From Blastocatellia bacterium (GTDB taxonomy: Bacteria; Acidobacteriota; Blastocatellia; UBA7656), in contig CAVXWP010000009.1 of the NCBI GenBank assembly GCA_963765495.1, positions 32,001-96,000 of the forward strand: DNA of 64,000 bases, written 5' to 3'. Of the stretch, positions 38,227 through 48,684 are shown one piece after another; the first letter of the stretch is position 1, and every line of letters begins with the position of its first letter. The translations under genes were made by a program, and so were the position numbers. The notes under the pieces are model-generated. The model did no database searches. It had not been told where the DNA came from and saw nothing but the letters and a program-made list of their open reading frames with translations.

Positions 38227-40647
38227 CTATTCGTACCTGAGAGCGATCATCGGGTCTACTCTGGTTGCTCGCCGCGCAGGGATGTAGCAGGCCGCGAGGG
38301 CTACAATTGCCAGCAAAAGCGAGATGCTTCCAAAGGTCAGGGGGTCGGTGGCGCTCACTCCGTAGAGCAGGGTAGTCATCAGACGAGTAAGCCCGAAGGC
38401 TGCGCCGAGGCCGACGATGACGCCTGTCCCTGCCAGAGTCATTCCCTGCCCCACTACCATTTTGACTATGTCGCGAGTCTCTGCCCCGAGAGCCATTCGT
38501 ATACCGATTTCGTGTGTGCGCTGTGTGACCGAATATGACATCACGCCATAGATTCCTACTGAGGCCAGGACAAGCGCCAGGGCCGCGAATATGCTCATCA
38601 GAAACATCGAGAAACGCTGCGTAGCAATTGATTCGTCCAGGCGCTGCTCCATGGTTTTCACGTCGTAGACGGGCTGGTTGCTATCGGTAGCGATTACCTG
38701 CTCGCGCACCGCGCCCGCAAGACTCATCAGATCGCCCGAAGACCGCACGGTTAAATTCATGTTGCTTGCCACCATCGCGAGAAACTGATCGGGAATCTGT
38801 TCAAAGGCATAGTATAGCTGTGCCTGAACCGGCACTTCGCCGTCGAGACCATAGTGCTTTACATGCTTGACCACGCCTACGATCTCGAAATTCGGTATGC
38901 CGGGGGCCTTCGATACAAACTGTTTTCCAATGGGGTCTTCACCGGGGAAGTAGGTCGCGGCAAGGTCTTCGTCAATGATGGCGACGAACGGGCTGTCTTT
39001 ATTATCCTGACGTGAAAAGTATCTGCCTTTGAGCAAAGGGATATCCATCGTTTTGAAATAATCGCTGCTCACCAGGTAGAAGACGGCCATGTTGGCCTGC
39101 CCCGCCTCGGGGGCAGGTCGCCCTTCGATCAAAAAGCTTGTCTCCGAGGCCCCGGCAAAAGGGAGCCCATTTGAAAAGGAAACGGATTCGACGCCGGGCA
39201 GGCTTTGAACATTTCGTTCAAGTCGGTCAAAGAAATCTGCCACCTTCTTCCCATCATCTTTGCCGACGGAAAGCGACAACTGCATGGTCAAAAGGTTTTT
39301 CTGATCGAAACCCGGTCTTATGTCCCCAAGCTTCAGCAGGCTTTCAATCATCAGCCCCGCGCCTATCAACAAGACAAGCGCGAGCGCGACTTCGGCAATC
39401 ACCAGAGCGCCCCGCACCCGATGACGCGAGCCTGTCGAGCCTCTGTCGCCTTCCTTGAGCGATTCGCTCAGAGTCAGGCTTGAAGCTTGCAGAGCCGGAA
39501 CGAGGCCAAAGACAATTCCAGTGACCACGGATACCAGTAATGTAAATCCGAGCACACTATAATCAATACTTGCCTGTCTGAGCCGAGGGATGTCATCCGG
39601 TATCGAGGATGCCAGAAAATCGGTCCCCCACATCGCTATCAGCAATCCGAAAGCGCCGCCAATCAACCCCAGCAGGACGCTTTCGGTTAAAAGCTGGCGA
39701 ATGATGCGCCAGCGGCTCGCGCCAAGCGCCGTGCGAATCGCGATCTCTTTCTGACGCACGGCAGACCTGGCCAGCAACAGGTTGGCTACGTTTGCGCAGG
39801 CAATCAAGAGTACAAAGGCGACCGCTCCGAGCAGCACCAGCAGCATAGGCTGGATGTCGCCTACCGTGTCTTTGTAAAGCGAGGTCAGATGAATCTGGCG
39901 CTCGGCGTTTGACTGGGGATACTGTTGGCCGAGTCTTTCTTGAATGGCATTCATCCCGGCTCGCGCCTCGTCTTCGGTGACGCCGGGTCTGAGTCGCGCC
40001 ACTACGTAAATACCGGGATGGTTGCCGCGCTCCTGATACTGGTCGGCCCACTGGCCGAGGGGAACAAACAGATCGGCCCCCGACCCGTACTGAAAGGTTT
40101 GCGAGGTGATGCCTATGACGGTGAAGTTTTTATTATTGAGCGTAAGCTGATTTCCCAGAATCGAAGGATCGCCGCCAAACCTGCGCTGCCAGAACCCGTA
40201 ATCGAGAATGACCACAGGGGTTGCGCCTACCCGGTCTTCATCGGCGAGAAAATCACGTCCAAGCGCCGGTTTGATTCCAAAAGTGGAGAAGAAATCTGCC
40301 GAGACCATGCGGCCTTGAAGTCGTTCGGGTTGGTCGCGGCCCGTCAGGTTAAAGCTGTCGCGGCGGGAGGCGGCTATCTTTTCAAAGACCTGATTCTGGT
40401 CTCGCCAATCTACGAAATTGAGATAGGCTACAGAGGTGTCCATCATCTTTGCCTTCTCCCACATGATGACCAGCCTGTCCGGGTCTTCGTATGGGAGCGG
40501 GCGCAGAAGCGTGACGTTGACGACGCTGAATATCGCGCTGTTGGCCCCTATGCCGAGGGCGAGCGCCATCACCGCTACCGCCGTAAAACCCGGACTCTTG
40601 AGCATCATCCGAAGAGCATAGCGAAAGTCGTGAAGGAGTGTATTCAT
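38227..40647 (-). CDS. ADOP-type duplicated MacB/FtsX ABC permease
   Basis: DFRYALRMMLKSPGFT...LGIGANSAIFS, LLIACANVANL, EIGIRMALGA, RVDPMIALRYE. Confidence 0.92.
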   Translation of the reverse strand: MNTLLHDFRYALRMMLKSPGFTAVAVMALALGIGANSAIFSVVNVTLLRPLPYEDPDRLVIMWEKAKMMDTSVAYLNFVDWRDQNQVFEKIAASRRDSFNLTGRDQPERLQGRMVSADFFSTFGIKPALGRDFLADEDRVGATPVVILDYGFWQRRFGGDPSILGNQLTLNNKNFTVIGITSQTFQYGSGADLFVPLGQWADQYQERGNHPGIYVVARLRPGVTEDEARAGMNAIQERLGQQYPQSNAERQIHLTSLYKDTVGDIQPMLLVLLGAVAFVLLIACANVANLLLARSAVRQKEIAIRTALGASRWRIIRQLLTESVLLGLIGGAFGLLIAMWGTDFLASSIPDDIPRLRQASIDYSVLGFTLLVSVVTGIVFGLVPALQASSLTLSESLKEGDRGSTGSRHRVRGALVIAEVALALVLLIGAGLMIESLLKLGDIRPGFDQKNLLTMQLSLSVGKDDGKKVADFFDRLERNVQSLPGVESVSFSNGLPFAGASETSFLIEGRPAPEAGQANMAVFYLVSSDYFKTMDIPLLKGRYFSRQDNKDSPFVAIIDEDLAATYFPGEDPIGKQFVSKAPGIPNFEIVGVVKHVKHYGLDGEVPVQAQLYYAFEQIPDQFLAMVASNMNLTVRSSGDLMSLAGAVREQVIATDSNQPVYDVKTMEQRLDESIATQRFSMFLMSIFAALALVLASVGIYGVMSYSVTQRTHEIGIRMALGAETRDIVKMVVGQGMTLAGTGVIVGLGAAFGLTRLMTTLLYGVSATDPLTFGSISLLLAIVALAACYIPARRATRVDPMIALRYE

Positions 40648-40710
40648 AGCTCGAAACCTCCGATGTCTGAGATTGCCGCTGAATGGATAACCAATTCGCG
40701 TGCCGCCTCC

Positions 40711-40757
40711 GAGATTTGAGATTTGAGTTTTGAGTTTTGAATTTTGAATTTTGAGAT
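40711..40757. repeat. Heptamer tract (TTTTGAR/ATTTGAG)n
   Basis: Six to seven degenerate units upstream of the permease. Confidence 0.75.
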
Positions 40758-40890
40758 TATTAATTGTTTCACAGCAATTTGCGGCGGCAGGAGCAGGACA
40801 ACCGACCATGCTAAAGCGCCGATCAGACAGCACGCGTGTCCGATTGCGGGATAAGGCGTTCCCAAAAACGGCAAGGGCGTAAGCCGGAAG

Positions 40891-41595
40891 TCACAAACTC
40901 ATCGCGGGGCGAAATCCGTAATCACCGTACTTGAATTCAGGCGGGATACTGCTGCGCGCCGCTACGCGAGTGATCTTGATCTGGTGACGCCACGAACCTC
41001 CACGCGAGGCTCGACGCCTGCCCGAAGCCGGGCCTTGAGGGTTTCGCTCGGGCGAGACTCCATAATAATCCGCATCAAACCAGTCCGAGCACCATTCGTG
41101 CACATTCTCGGAAATGTCATACAGACCAAAACCATTCGGCGGACGCCCGCCTGCGCGCTCAGGCCCCGTGCGCCACAACTCTGAATAACGCGGCTGGTCT
41201 TCGGGCAGAGAGTCGCCCCACGTGTAAAGTCTGCCTTCGAGTCCGCCTCGCGCTGCCCGTTCCCACTCGGCTTCGGTAGGCAGTCTGAACGGTTTGCCCG
41301 CGCGCGCGGAAAGCCATTCGCAATACGCGACAGCGTCAAACCAGCTTACGCTCGTCACCGGCTGGTCGGGGTGATTGAATCGCTCATCCTCAAAGCCTTG
41401 CGGTGATGGTCTGCCAGCCTCTTCGATGAAAACGCGGTAGAGGCGATTTGTGAGCGCGTATCGAGCAATAGCGAAACCATCGACCCAGACTTGATGGACA
41501 GGCCGCTCGCTTGCGGCCCCCCTGTCGCAGCCCATCAGAAAACGGCCTCCGGGAATCGTTATCATCTCCGGCTCTAATTGAGATTCTTCGGGCAT
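40891..41595 (-). CDS. Formylglycine-generating enzyme (FGE-sulfatase) domain protein
   Basis: PVTSVSWFDA, RLPTEAEWE, PNGFGLYD, NVHEW, RGGSW, GFR. Confidence 0.9.
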   Translation of the reverse strand: MPEESQLEPEMITIPGGRFLMGCDRGAASERPVHQVWVDGFAIARYALTNRLYRVFIEEAGRPSPQGFEDERFNHPDQPVTSVSWFDAVAYCEWLSARAGKPFRLPTEAEWERAARGGLEGRLYTWGDSLPEDQPRYSELWRTGPERAGGRPPNGFGLYDISENVHEWCSDWFDADYYGVSPERNPQGPASGRRRASRGGSWRHQIKITRVAARSSIPPEFKYGDYGFRPAMSL

Positions 41596-41785
41596 CAATT
41601 TGTCCTTATACAAAGAATGAGGCGGTTGGTTCAAGTCACCGGAGTTGTTCGGTGTTCCCCAATGCGCAGGTCGAACCGGGGTCGCTTGCCCGGAGTCATG
41701 CGGGATAGTATCATCACGGTTTGAATTCTTAAGGCTTAACCTCGTAAACACTTTTGACGGCTCAATCGCTCGATGGAGATTGCAT

Positions 41786-42751
41786 ATGACTCACAGACCA
41801 AAAATCGCAACGGCGCTGCTTGTCGTGATTTGTATTATGTCAGCGCCTGTCGGATGTTTAAGCGATGGAAACCCCGTAGACACGCTTACCTTTCGCGCCT
41901 TTCGCACGTTTTATGATTATGACAAGCAATTGCCTCTCGATGTAAAGATCCGTTCGGACACCGAGGTTGCAGGCTCCGAAAACTCACCGCCACATCGCCT
42001 TATCGCGCTCTCTTTCCTGAGCACGCACGACGAACGAGTGCCCGCGCTGCTATGGATTCCAGCCGGGGGGAAAGCCCCTTTTGCCTGCACATTCTTTCTC
42101 CACGGGCTTGGCCAGAGCAAGATCACAGCGCAAGTGTTCGCCTATGATCTGCTCAGGCGGGGCTATGCCGTTATGGCTTTGGACGCGGCCTATCACGGCG
42201 AGCGCGCAGCAGGGAAACTGCCCATGTACGGCACAAATTTTTATCGTCTGAGAGACGGCTACATGCAGACGGTCATCGATTACCGGCGGGCGCTCGATTA
42301 TCTTGAGACGCGATCCGATATAGATTCAAAGCGAGTGACCCTGATCGGCGTGAGCATGGGCGCGATCATGGGCGCGATACTCGGCGGCGTGGAAGAGAGG
42401 ATCAAGTGCCCCGTTCTGCTTGTCGGGGGGGCAGATCGCGGATTGATGAGCCGCGTGTCTCAGATAGAAGTATGGAAGAAAATAAGGGCGGAAAATCCCA
42501 ATCTCGATTTTGATGAAGTCTCGCGCATAATGGCTCCGGCAGACCCCTTGAATTTCGTAGACAAAATCTCTCCGCGCCCCGTGTTGATGATCAACGGCAC
42601 GAAAGACGAGATAGTCCCCGTAGTCGCAAACAAGCTGCTGCAAGAGACTGCCAAACAGCCGAAGAAAGTGGTCTGGCTTGAGGCGGGCCATTCCCTCCCT
42701 CTCGACAAAACACTGCCGATGATTTCCGTATGGCTCAGAAATAATCTTTGA
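41786..42751 (+). CDS. Exported alpha/beta hydrolase (esterase-like)
   Basis: Signal peptide, FLHGLG, RRALDYL, GVSMGA, GTKDEIV, AGH. Confidence 0.85.
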   Translation: MTHRPKIATALLVVICIMSAPVGCLSDGNPVDTLTFRAFRTFYDYDKQLPLDVKIRSDTEVAGSENSPPHRLIALSFLSTHDERVPALLWIPAGGKAPFACTFFLHGLGQSKITAQVFAYDLLRRGYAVMALDAAYHGERAAGKLPMYGTNFYRLRDGYMQTVIDYRRALDYLETRSDIDSKRVTLIGVSMGAIMGAILGGVEERIKCPVLLVGGADRGLMSRVSQIEVWKKIRAENPNLDFDEVSRIMAPADPLNFVDKISPRPVLMINGTKDEIVPVVANKLLQETAKQPKKVVWLEAGHSLPLDKTLPMISVWLRNNL

Positions 42752-42877
42752 GCAGGGAGTTGAAATCATCCGCCTTGCGCCGGATGACCGGGGCCGTCTA
42801 TTATCGTCTCACTTTATGGCTTTGCGATGTGGCAGAGCCGAAAGCATCGCATCACAGATAATTCAAGGAGGATTCCG

Positions 42878-43831
42878 ATGTTCAAGAATGCGGGTGTTTT
42901 CTTAACTTTTATAGCTTTACTCACCGCGGCGGCGACCTGCGTGGCAGCACAGAAGGGCGCTCCCGCAAGCAAGATTCTGGGTCGCTGGGATATGACCGTT
43001 CAGTCGGCCGAAGGCGGGAGTTTCCCGTCGTGGCTCGAGATCACTCAGGACGGTGACCATCTCACAGGCAGATTCGTAGGGCAGGTCGGCAGCCAGAGAC
43101 CGATCAAGAGCGTCACCTACACAGACGGCGTGCTTAAATTCAGCCTCCCTATACAGTACGAGCAGCGCGCATCTGATCTGAGCTTCGAAGCAAAGCTTAT
43201 GCGAAATATGCTTGAAGGCACGACGACCGACCCGAAAGGGACTATCGTGAAATGGTCCGCCGTCAGAGCGCCTTCGCTTGCGCGCAAGGGGGAGCCGAAA
43301 TGGGGCAAACCCATAGAGCTATTCAACGGGCACGACCTGACCGGATGGAGGATGCGCGACCCGAGCGTCAAGAATGCCTGGGAGGTCGAAGACGGCGTGA
43401 TGGTAAACGCGCCTCACAGCACAGACATCATAACCGAGCGAAAGTTCACGGATTTCAAACTGCACGTAGAGTTCAAGATGGTCGAAAAGAGCAACAGCGG
43501 CGTCTATCTGCGCGGACGCCACGAAGTTCAGATACAGGACGATTACGGCAAAGAGCCTGAGAGCCATCGCATCGGCGGCGTTTACGGTTTTATCACGCCT
43601 ACATCAAACCCGGCAAAAAAACCGGGCGAATGGCAGACCTATGATATAACGCTTGTGGGCCGCAATGTCACGGTAGTCCTCAACGGCGAGACCATCATAG
43701 ACAATGCCGAGATTCCCGGCATCACAGGCGGCGCGCTCGACAGCCGCGAGGGCGAACCCGGCCCGCTGATGCTGCAAGGCGATCACGAAAAAATCTACTA
43801 CCGCAACATCGTGATCACACCGGCGAAATAA
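42878..43831 (+). CDS. DUF1080 (3-keto-disaccharide hydrolase-like) protein
   Basis: LFNGHDLTGW, FTDFKLHVEF, SNSGVYLRG, GEWQTYDI, LQGDH...YRNI. Confidence 0.88.
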   Translation: MFKNAGVFLTFIALLTAAATCVAAQKGAPASKILGRWDMTVQSAEGGSFPSWLEITQDGDHLTGRFVGQVGSQRPIKSVTYTDGVLKFSLPIQYEQRASDLSFEAKLMRNMLEGTTTDPKGTIVKWSAVRAPSLARKGEPKWGKPIELFNGHDLTGWRMRDPSVKNAWEVEDGVMVNAPHSTDIITERKFTDFKLHVEFKMVEKSNSGVYLRGRHEVQIQDDYGKEPESHRIGGVYGFITPTSNPAKKPGEWQTYDITLVGRNVTVVLNGETIIDNAEIPGITGGALDSREGEPGPLMLQGDHEKIYYRNIVITPAK

Positions 43832-43943
43832 GGGATGAGGGATGAAAAGGACTCTCAGGGAAAATTCCGATTAATTGGTTTGACCGTTTGTTGGAGCCTT
43901 CACCGACAGTCCTTTTCATCCCTCATCCCTCATCCCTCATCCC
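43832..43943. repeat. Palindromic element with (GGGATGA)n / (TCATCCC)n arms
   Basis: Same AAAAGGAC...GTCCTTTT inner stem and a core related to 23860-23979. Confidence 0.88.
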
Positions 43944-43957
43944 TTTTATTGGGTGTT

Positions 43958-45310
43958 ATGAGAATGAATAATAAGATTTTGAGATTGCGGCGCGCGGCTC
44001 TTATTATGGTTTGCGTGCTGGCGATGGGAGCGGGATTAGCAGCTTCGCCACAAAGGAAGGCTATGAAGCCAAAGGAGCCTCTTTCAAAGACGATGAATCG
44101 AATCGCGGAATCTTATGCGAAGCTTGCTCTCGCCGTAGGCCAGCACGACGAAGGCTACATCGACGCCTATTACGGCCCGCCCGCCTGGCAGGCGGAGGCA
44201 AAGCGGCAAAAGAGATCGCTCGCGGCGATCAGTCGCGAAGCCGATTCGTTGATCAAAGAACTTGAGTTGCTGAACGTATCGAAGGAAGAAGAGATCGTCA
44301 GACTCAGGCATCAATATCTGCTCAAGCAGTTGCAGGCACTTGGCGCGCGTGTCCACATGCTCCGTGGCGGAAAGCTCTCTTTCGATGAAGAATCGCGCGC
44401 GTTATATGATGCCGAAGCGCCTACCTACACCGAAGATCATTTCAAAGCGATACTTGATCGGCTCGACAAGAAACTGCCCGGAGAGGGGACGCTCATCGAG
44501 CGATACGAGAGATACAAAAAAGACTTCATCATACCGAAAGATAAGCTCAATGCGGTATTCACGGCGGCAATCGAAGAGGCTCGCTCACGCACGCGTAAGC
44601 ACATAGAGCTTCCCGAAGGTGAAAGCTTTGAAATCGAGTATGTCACAAACAAGCCGTGGAGCGGTTACAACTGGTACAAGGGCAACAGCCACAGTCTGAT
44701 TCAGGTAAACACGGACCTGCCTATCTACATTGACCGCGCCGTCGATCTGGCGTCGCACGAAGGTTATCCGGGCCACCACGTCTATAACGTGCTGCTCGAA
44801 CAACATCTGGTAAAAGAGCGCGGCTGGGTGGAATTTTCGGTCTACCCGCTCTTCAGCCCGCAGTCACTGATCGCCGAGGGCAGCGCGAATTACGGAATCG
44901 AAGTCGCCTTTCCGCGCGACGACCGCATGCGTTTCGAGCGCGAAGTGCTCTTCCCGCTGGCCGGACTCGACCCTGCAAAGGTCGAAGAGTATTACGCGAT
45001 TGGAGACCTTGTCGGAGAGTTGAGCTACGCCGGAAACGAGGCGGCCCGCCGTTATCTGAACGGCAAGATCAACGCCGATCAGGCGGCTGAATGGCTGAAC
45101 AGATACGCCATGACGCCTATTGACCGGGCGCGCCAGCGAGTCCGTTTCTTTGACACTTATCGCAGCTATGTAATCAATTACAATCTGGGCCGCGATATGG
45201 TAGGTCGCTATATCGAAAGCCGGGGCGGAACCGAAGACCACCCGGAAAAGCGATGGGAGGAATTCAAGGAATTGCTCTCTTCACCCCGATTGCCTTCGGG
45301 GCTGAAATAG
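43958..45310 (+). CDS. Exported DUF885-like putative metallopeptidase
   Basis: Signal peptide; ASHEGYPGHH and downstream AEG motif. Confidence 0.65.
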   Translation: MRMNNKILRLRRAALIMVCVLAMGAGLAASPQRKAMKPKEPLSKTMNRIAESYAKLALAVGQHDEGYIDAYYGPPAWQAEAKRQKRSLAAISREADSLIKELELLNVSKEEEIVRLRHQYLLKQLQALGARVHMLRGGKLSFDEESRALYDAEAPTYTEDHFKAILDRLDKKLPGEGTLIERYERYKKDFIIPKDKLNAVFTAAIEEARSRTRKHIELPEGESFEIEYVTNKPWSGYNWYKGNSHSLIQVNTDLPIYIDRAVDLASHEGYPGHHVYNVLLEQHLVKERGWVEFSVYPLFSPQSLIAEGSANYGIEVAFPRDDRMRFEREVLFPLAGLDPAKVEEYYAIGDLVGELSYAGNEAARRYLNGKINADQAAEWLNRYAMTPIDRARQRVRFFDTYRSYVINYNLGRDMVGRYIESRGGTEDHPEKRWEEFKELLSSPRLPSGLK

Positions 45311-45390
45311 CTCGTGATGCGTGATACCTGATGCGTGATTTTCAGGCAGATGTCTATAAACCGGCAACTTCCTATTTCACTCATCACGTA

Positions 45391-46167
45391 TCACGCATCA
45401 CGCATCAGCCCTCGCACGAACCGGCGATGTTTGCGCGAAACCGGAAGCCGCATCCCCGTATTTGTCTCGACCCACATCTGGCCGTCTCGCGTAGTGTAGG
45501 CCGATGTGATGGCCGATATTTTCACTATGTTGTTTCGATGTAGCTGCTTGAAAATTGCGGGGTCCAGACGTTCGGCAAGACGATTGAGCGACAAATCTGA
45601 TATGCCTTCGCGCTGGCCGTCGAAATAGACACAGGTGTAATGATCGCGGCTTACAAAACAGGTGATGTCCCGGTCTTCCACTACTGTCAGTCGCCCGCCC
45701 TGCTTTACGGTCAATCTTCGCAGACAACCTTCCTTTTCAGAGATTTTTGATTCGAGCGATTTCAGCCGCTCTTCGTCTGAACGGCGCGTAATCGCGTGGT
45801 CGAGAGCCTGAGCGAAACGCTCCGGCGTGAAGGGCTTCAAAAGATAATCACAGGCGTGCTCTTCGAATGCGCGTATCGCGAATTCGTCATAAGCAGTCTG
45901 AAAGATTATAGAAAAAGGGCGTTCCTCAAACTGCTGCAATACCTCGAAACCCGACAGGCCCGGCATCTCGATGTCCAGAAGTATTATGTCGGGAGCAAAC
46001 CCTTTTATCAGTTCAACGGCCTGCAAGCCTGTCCCCGCTTCCGCGATCGCAAATGATGAGTTGTACTGATTCAAGTAACGGCGAAGTCGCTGACGCGCCA
46101 GCGGCTCATCGTCCACGACGAGGATGCGCATGACTTCGGTCCCTTTTTCATCCGGCGTTTCAGACAA
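45391..46167 (-). CDS. LytTR-family response regulator
   Basis: VVDDEPLAR, LLDIEMP, TAYDEFA, DYLLKP, QLHRNNIV, LPVSR. Confidence 0.92.
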   Translation of the reverse strand: MSETPDEKGTEVMRILVVDDEPLARQRLRRYLNQYNSSFAIAEAGTGLQAVELIKGFAPDIILLDIEMPGLSGFEVLQQFEERPFSIIFQTAYDEFAIRAFEEHACDYLLKPFTPERFAQALDHAITRRSDEERLKSLESKISEKEGCLRRLTVKQGGRLTVVEDRDITCFVSRDHYTCVYFDGQREGISDLSLNRLAERLDPAIFKQLHRNNIVKISAITSAYTTRDGQMWVETNTGMRLPVSRKHRRFVRGLMRDA

Positions 46168-47215
46168 TCTTTTCTCCTGAAAAGTAAAAACTCGCTACGG
46201 TCTTGCCATCATCATCCCGATTGATTTTGAAATCGTGCCGGTCGCCGTAGAGCAAATCCAAACGGGCGCGAGTGTTCGCAAGCCCCGTCCCCTCGCTCGC
46301 GCCTTCCCGGTACGGCTCTCCCGTGTTTGATATGAGCAGGTGGTAACTGCCTCCGTCGGTCTTCGATATAGCTACACAGATGTGACCGCCGTCTATTGAT
46401 TTCGAGATGCCGTGCTTGACCGCGTTTTCAACGAGGGTCTGCACTATCAAACTCGGAATGTAAACTTCTCTGTTATCCCCCGAAGCCTCTATACAGAAAG
46501 TAAGGCGCGAGCCAAAACGCAACTGCTCAAGTTCCATATAACGCCGCGCTATATCGAGTTCGGAGGCAAGGGGCGCGGTCTTCAAAGAAGAACTGGCCAG
46601 TATCTGCCGGTACAGATCAGACAGAGTGTAGGCGGTCTCGGCTGCGCGCTCGTGATCCGACTCTATCAACTCCGCGAGGCTATTGAGCGCATTGAACAAA
46701 AAGTGAGGGCGCATCTGGTGTTCGAGCGCGTTGTAGCGGGCTTCGGCAAGCGTGGCTCGAAGCGAGAGCGCGTCCTCGCGGGCCTGACGATATGCGAAAT
46801 ACAGGAAGAATGGTATCGCCGTGAGCAGGCCGAATAAAATCGCCGCGCCCAGAGGAGAACTCGCGGGCGGCTCTCCGAGTATCCTGGCATTAACGAGTCG
46901 GGCGAGCCAGATTCCACAAACGATTCCAATACTGCCGACCAGGAAAGGCAAAAACTTTGGCACTCGCAAAGGCAACCCGGTCCTTACACGGATACTTATT
47001 ATGGCGGCAAATACGCCGCCGAAAAGAAAGAATATGGCAAGCGAGATCATCACGCCGTAATTCAAAGAGACGATCAACCCGGTAAGGACTGCGCCGCGCC
47101 TTTGCCAATCGCCGAGGCTCAGAAAAAACGGGACGAGCGAGGCCGCTATTCCCCACGGAACATAGATGAGGTTATGGAGAAACTCTTTTCGGTATCTGCG
47201 CCACTCGGGTCTCAT
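46160..47215 (-). CDS. LytS/YehU-type sensor histidine kinase
   Basis: Four TM segments, QMRPHFLFNALN, QTLVENAVKHG, GTGLANTRARL. Confidence 0.92.
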   Translation of the reverse strand: MRPEWRRYRKEFLHNLIYVPWGIAASLVPFFLSLGDWQRRGAVLTGLIVSLNYGVMISLAIFFLFGGVFAAIISIRVRTGLPLRVPKFLPFLVGSIGIVCGIWLARLVNARILGEPPASSPLGAAILFGLLTAIPFFLYFAYRQAREDALSLRATLAEARYNALEHQMRPHFLFNALNSLAELIESDHERAAETAYTLSDLYRQILASSSLKTAPLASELDIARRYMELEQLRFGSRLTFCIEASGDNREVYIPSLIVQTLVENAVKHGISKSIDGGHICVAISKTDGGSYHLLISNTGEPYREGASEGTGLANTRARLDLLYGDRHDFKINRDDDGKTVASFYFSGEKIV

Positions 47216-47275
47216 CGCTACACCGATTCTGGCAGAAATTCTCCGCTCTGCCAATAACCTCAAGGTCGCAAGTGT

Positions 47276-47305
47276 GCAGTTCAGTCGCAAAAACCTGCCG
47301 TTCAG
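47276..47305 (+). promoter_or_regulatory. Putative LytTR binding site
   Basis: GCAGTTCAG-N12-GCCGTTCAG direct repeat between the kinase and the divergent gene; matches the LytTR 9-bp/12-bp spacer pattern. Confidence 0.7.
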
Positions 47306-47394
47306 AAGATTGTTCTTCTGAGCAGGAAGCCCGCCCCGTACACTCTTGCGAGCAAAGAGAACCAGACAGGCAAAGGCTAAGGAGACTAAATACT

Positions 47395-47898
47395 ATGGAC
47401 ACTCTGGGAATAGTTCACATGACCTTTGGCAGCGCGGCGCTCGCGCTCGGGATGGGCGTTGTGGCGCTCAAGAAAGGCACGCGCATACACAGAACCATAG
47501 GCCATCTGTATTTTTCGAGCATGATCGGGTTAAACGTTACCGCGCTTTCGATATACAAGCTCTTTGGCGTATTCGGCCCCTTTCACGCGCTGGCTCTGGT
47601 GAGCCTGGGGTATGTGATTTTCGGAGTGATGGTAGCGGTTCTCAGGCGGCCGCGAAGGACGTGGGTCGCGCGACACGCGAAGTTCATGCTGTGGTCTTAT
47701 GTAGGACTGTGGGCCGCCGCCGTCTCCGAGATCACTGCGAGGGTGCCGGGCTGGAACTTCTGGATTGCGGTTGCGATACCTTCGACTCTGGTAGCGGTAA
47801 TCGGAGGCATACTGATTCACACCCGGGCAGGCGCGATCATAAACCGTTTGATGCAACGCGAACAGACCGCCCCGGAAATGGCCGCGACCGCGCGTTAG
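47395..47898 (+). CDS. DUF2306-like membrane protein
   Basis: KKGTRIHRTIGHLY, FGPFH, HAKFMLWSYVGL; several TM helices. Confidence 0.8.
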   Translation: MDTLGIVHMTFGSAALALGMGVVALKKGTRIHRTIGHLYFSSMIGLNVTALSIYKLFGVFGPFHALALVSLGYVIFGVMVAVLRRPRRTWVARHAKFMLWSYVGLWAAAVSEITARVPGWNFWIAVAIPSTLVAVIGGILIHTRAGAIINRLMQREQTAPEMAATAR

Positions 47899-47917
47899 CA
47901 CAAGAAGTGTAAGTGGA

Positions 47918-48000
47918 AATAGGCCGGGACGGACGCGGATCGGGCGGATTTTCGCGGATTAGCTCATACAGGATCAGATCCGCGTCCGTCCCGGCCTATT
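47918..48000. repeat. REP-like palindrome with 9-nt-period CGGAT/ATCCG arms
   Basis: Perfect 24-bp IR AATAGGCCGGGACGGACGCGGATC; relatives at 55079-55183, 63389-63484 and a half copy at 18128-18155. Confidence 0.85.
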
Positions 48001-48057
48001 ATGACGATCCAATTTTTGCAGTCGGGTTCACGGAATCAACAAAAGGAGACAACAAAG

Positions 48058-48228
48058 ATGACCAGCCGACCAAATACTATCGCCATCGTCCTGACGACGA
48101 TTGGCACGCTGCTTTTCATAATGTCCGGCTTTCAGATACTCCCGTGGAAATACACGGTCTTTGCCGCGATTGCCTGCTACATACTGGCTGGCATGAGCAG
48201 GCGAATCACAAAACAGAGAGAGGAATAA
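48058..48228 (+). CDS. Small two-helix membrane protein
   Basis: AAGGAG RBS before ATG; two hydrophobic segments. Confidence 0.6.
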   Translation: MTSRPNTIAIVLTTIGTLLFIMSGFQILPWKYTVFAAIACYILAGMSRRITKQREE

Positions 48229-48370
48229 TGAGTGATAAATGATGCGTGATACGTGATTCGTTGTCTTGATTGATTGCGATTTCCGGTCACGCATCACGCA
48301 TCACTCTTCACGCATCACTCTTCACGCACCACTATTTCAGAGTCAGCGTCTTCGCCTCCACTTCTGCATC

Positions 48371-48625
48371 TCAGGCTCGCCGGTTCAAGTAAGCGTAGAG
48401 TTTCGCTCCGGCAAATTGCCCGGCGAAAAAGGCTCCCACGAGGACGGGAAAAGTGATGAGTCGCCAGCCGAGCCCTGAAAAGATGCGAAGCGCGATCACA
48501 ATCGGAACCGGCAGATGGATCGCCAGTATCCACTGCAAAGAGAATTTCCGCACGCCCGCCCGCCAGTATCCGAAAGGCACGTTTAAGATAAAGACTATGA
48601 TCGCTACGAGCCAGAGTTTCATCAT
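48371..48625 (-). CDS. Small conserved-looking membrane protein
   Basis: LNVPFGYWRAGVRKFSLQWILAIHLPVP...AFFAGQFAG; three TM segments. Confidence 0.7.
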   Translation of the reverse strand: MMKLWLVAIIVFILNVPFGYWRAGVRKFSLQWILAIHLPVPIVIALRIFSGLGWRLITFPVLVGAFFAGQFAGAKLYAYLNRRA

Positions 48626-48684
48626 CTGCCGGAAGAGTCATTAAACTCTCAGTAAATTGTGTTTGATAAAGCAGGCGATGCTCT

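Noticed and set aside
40691-40705. Sigma-54-like promoter CGGCACG-N4-TTGG upstream of the ADOP permease
   Set aside because: The -12 element is GG rather than GC; not supportable alone.
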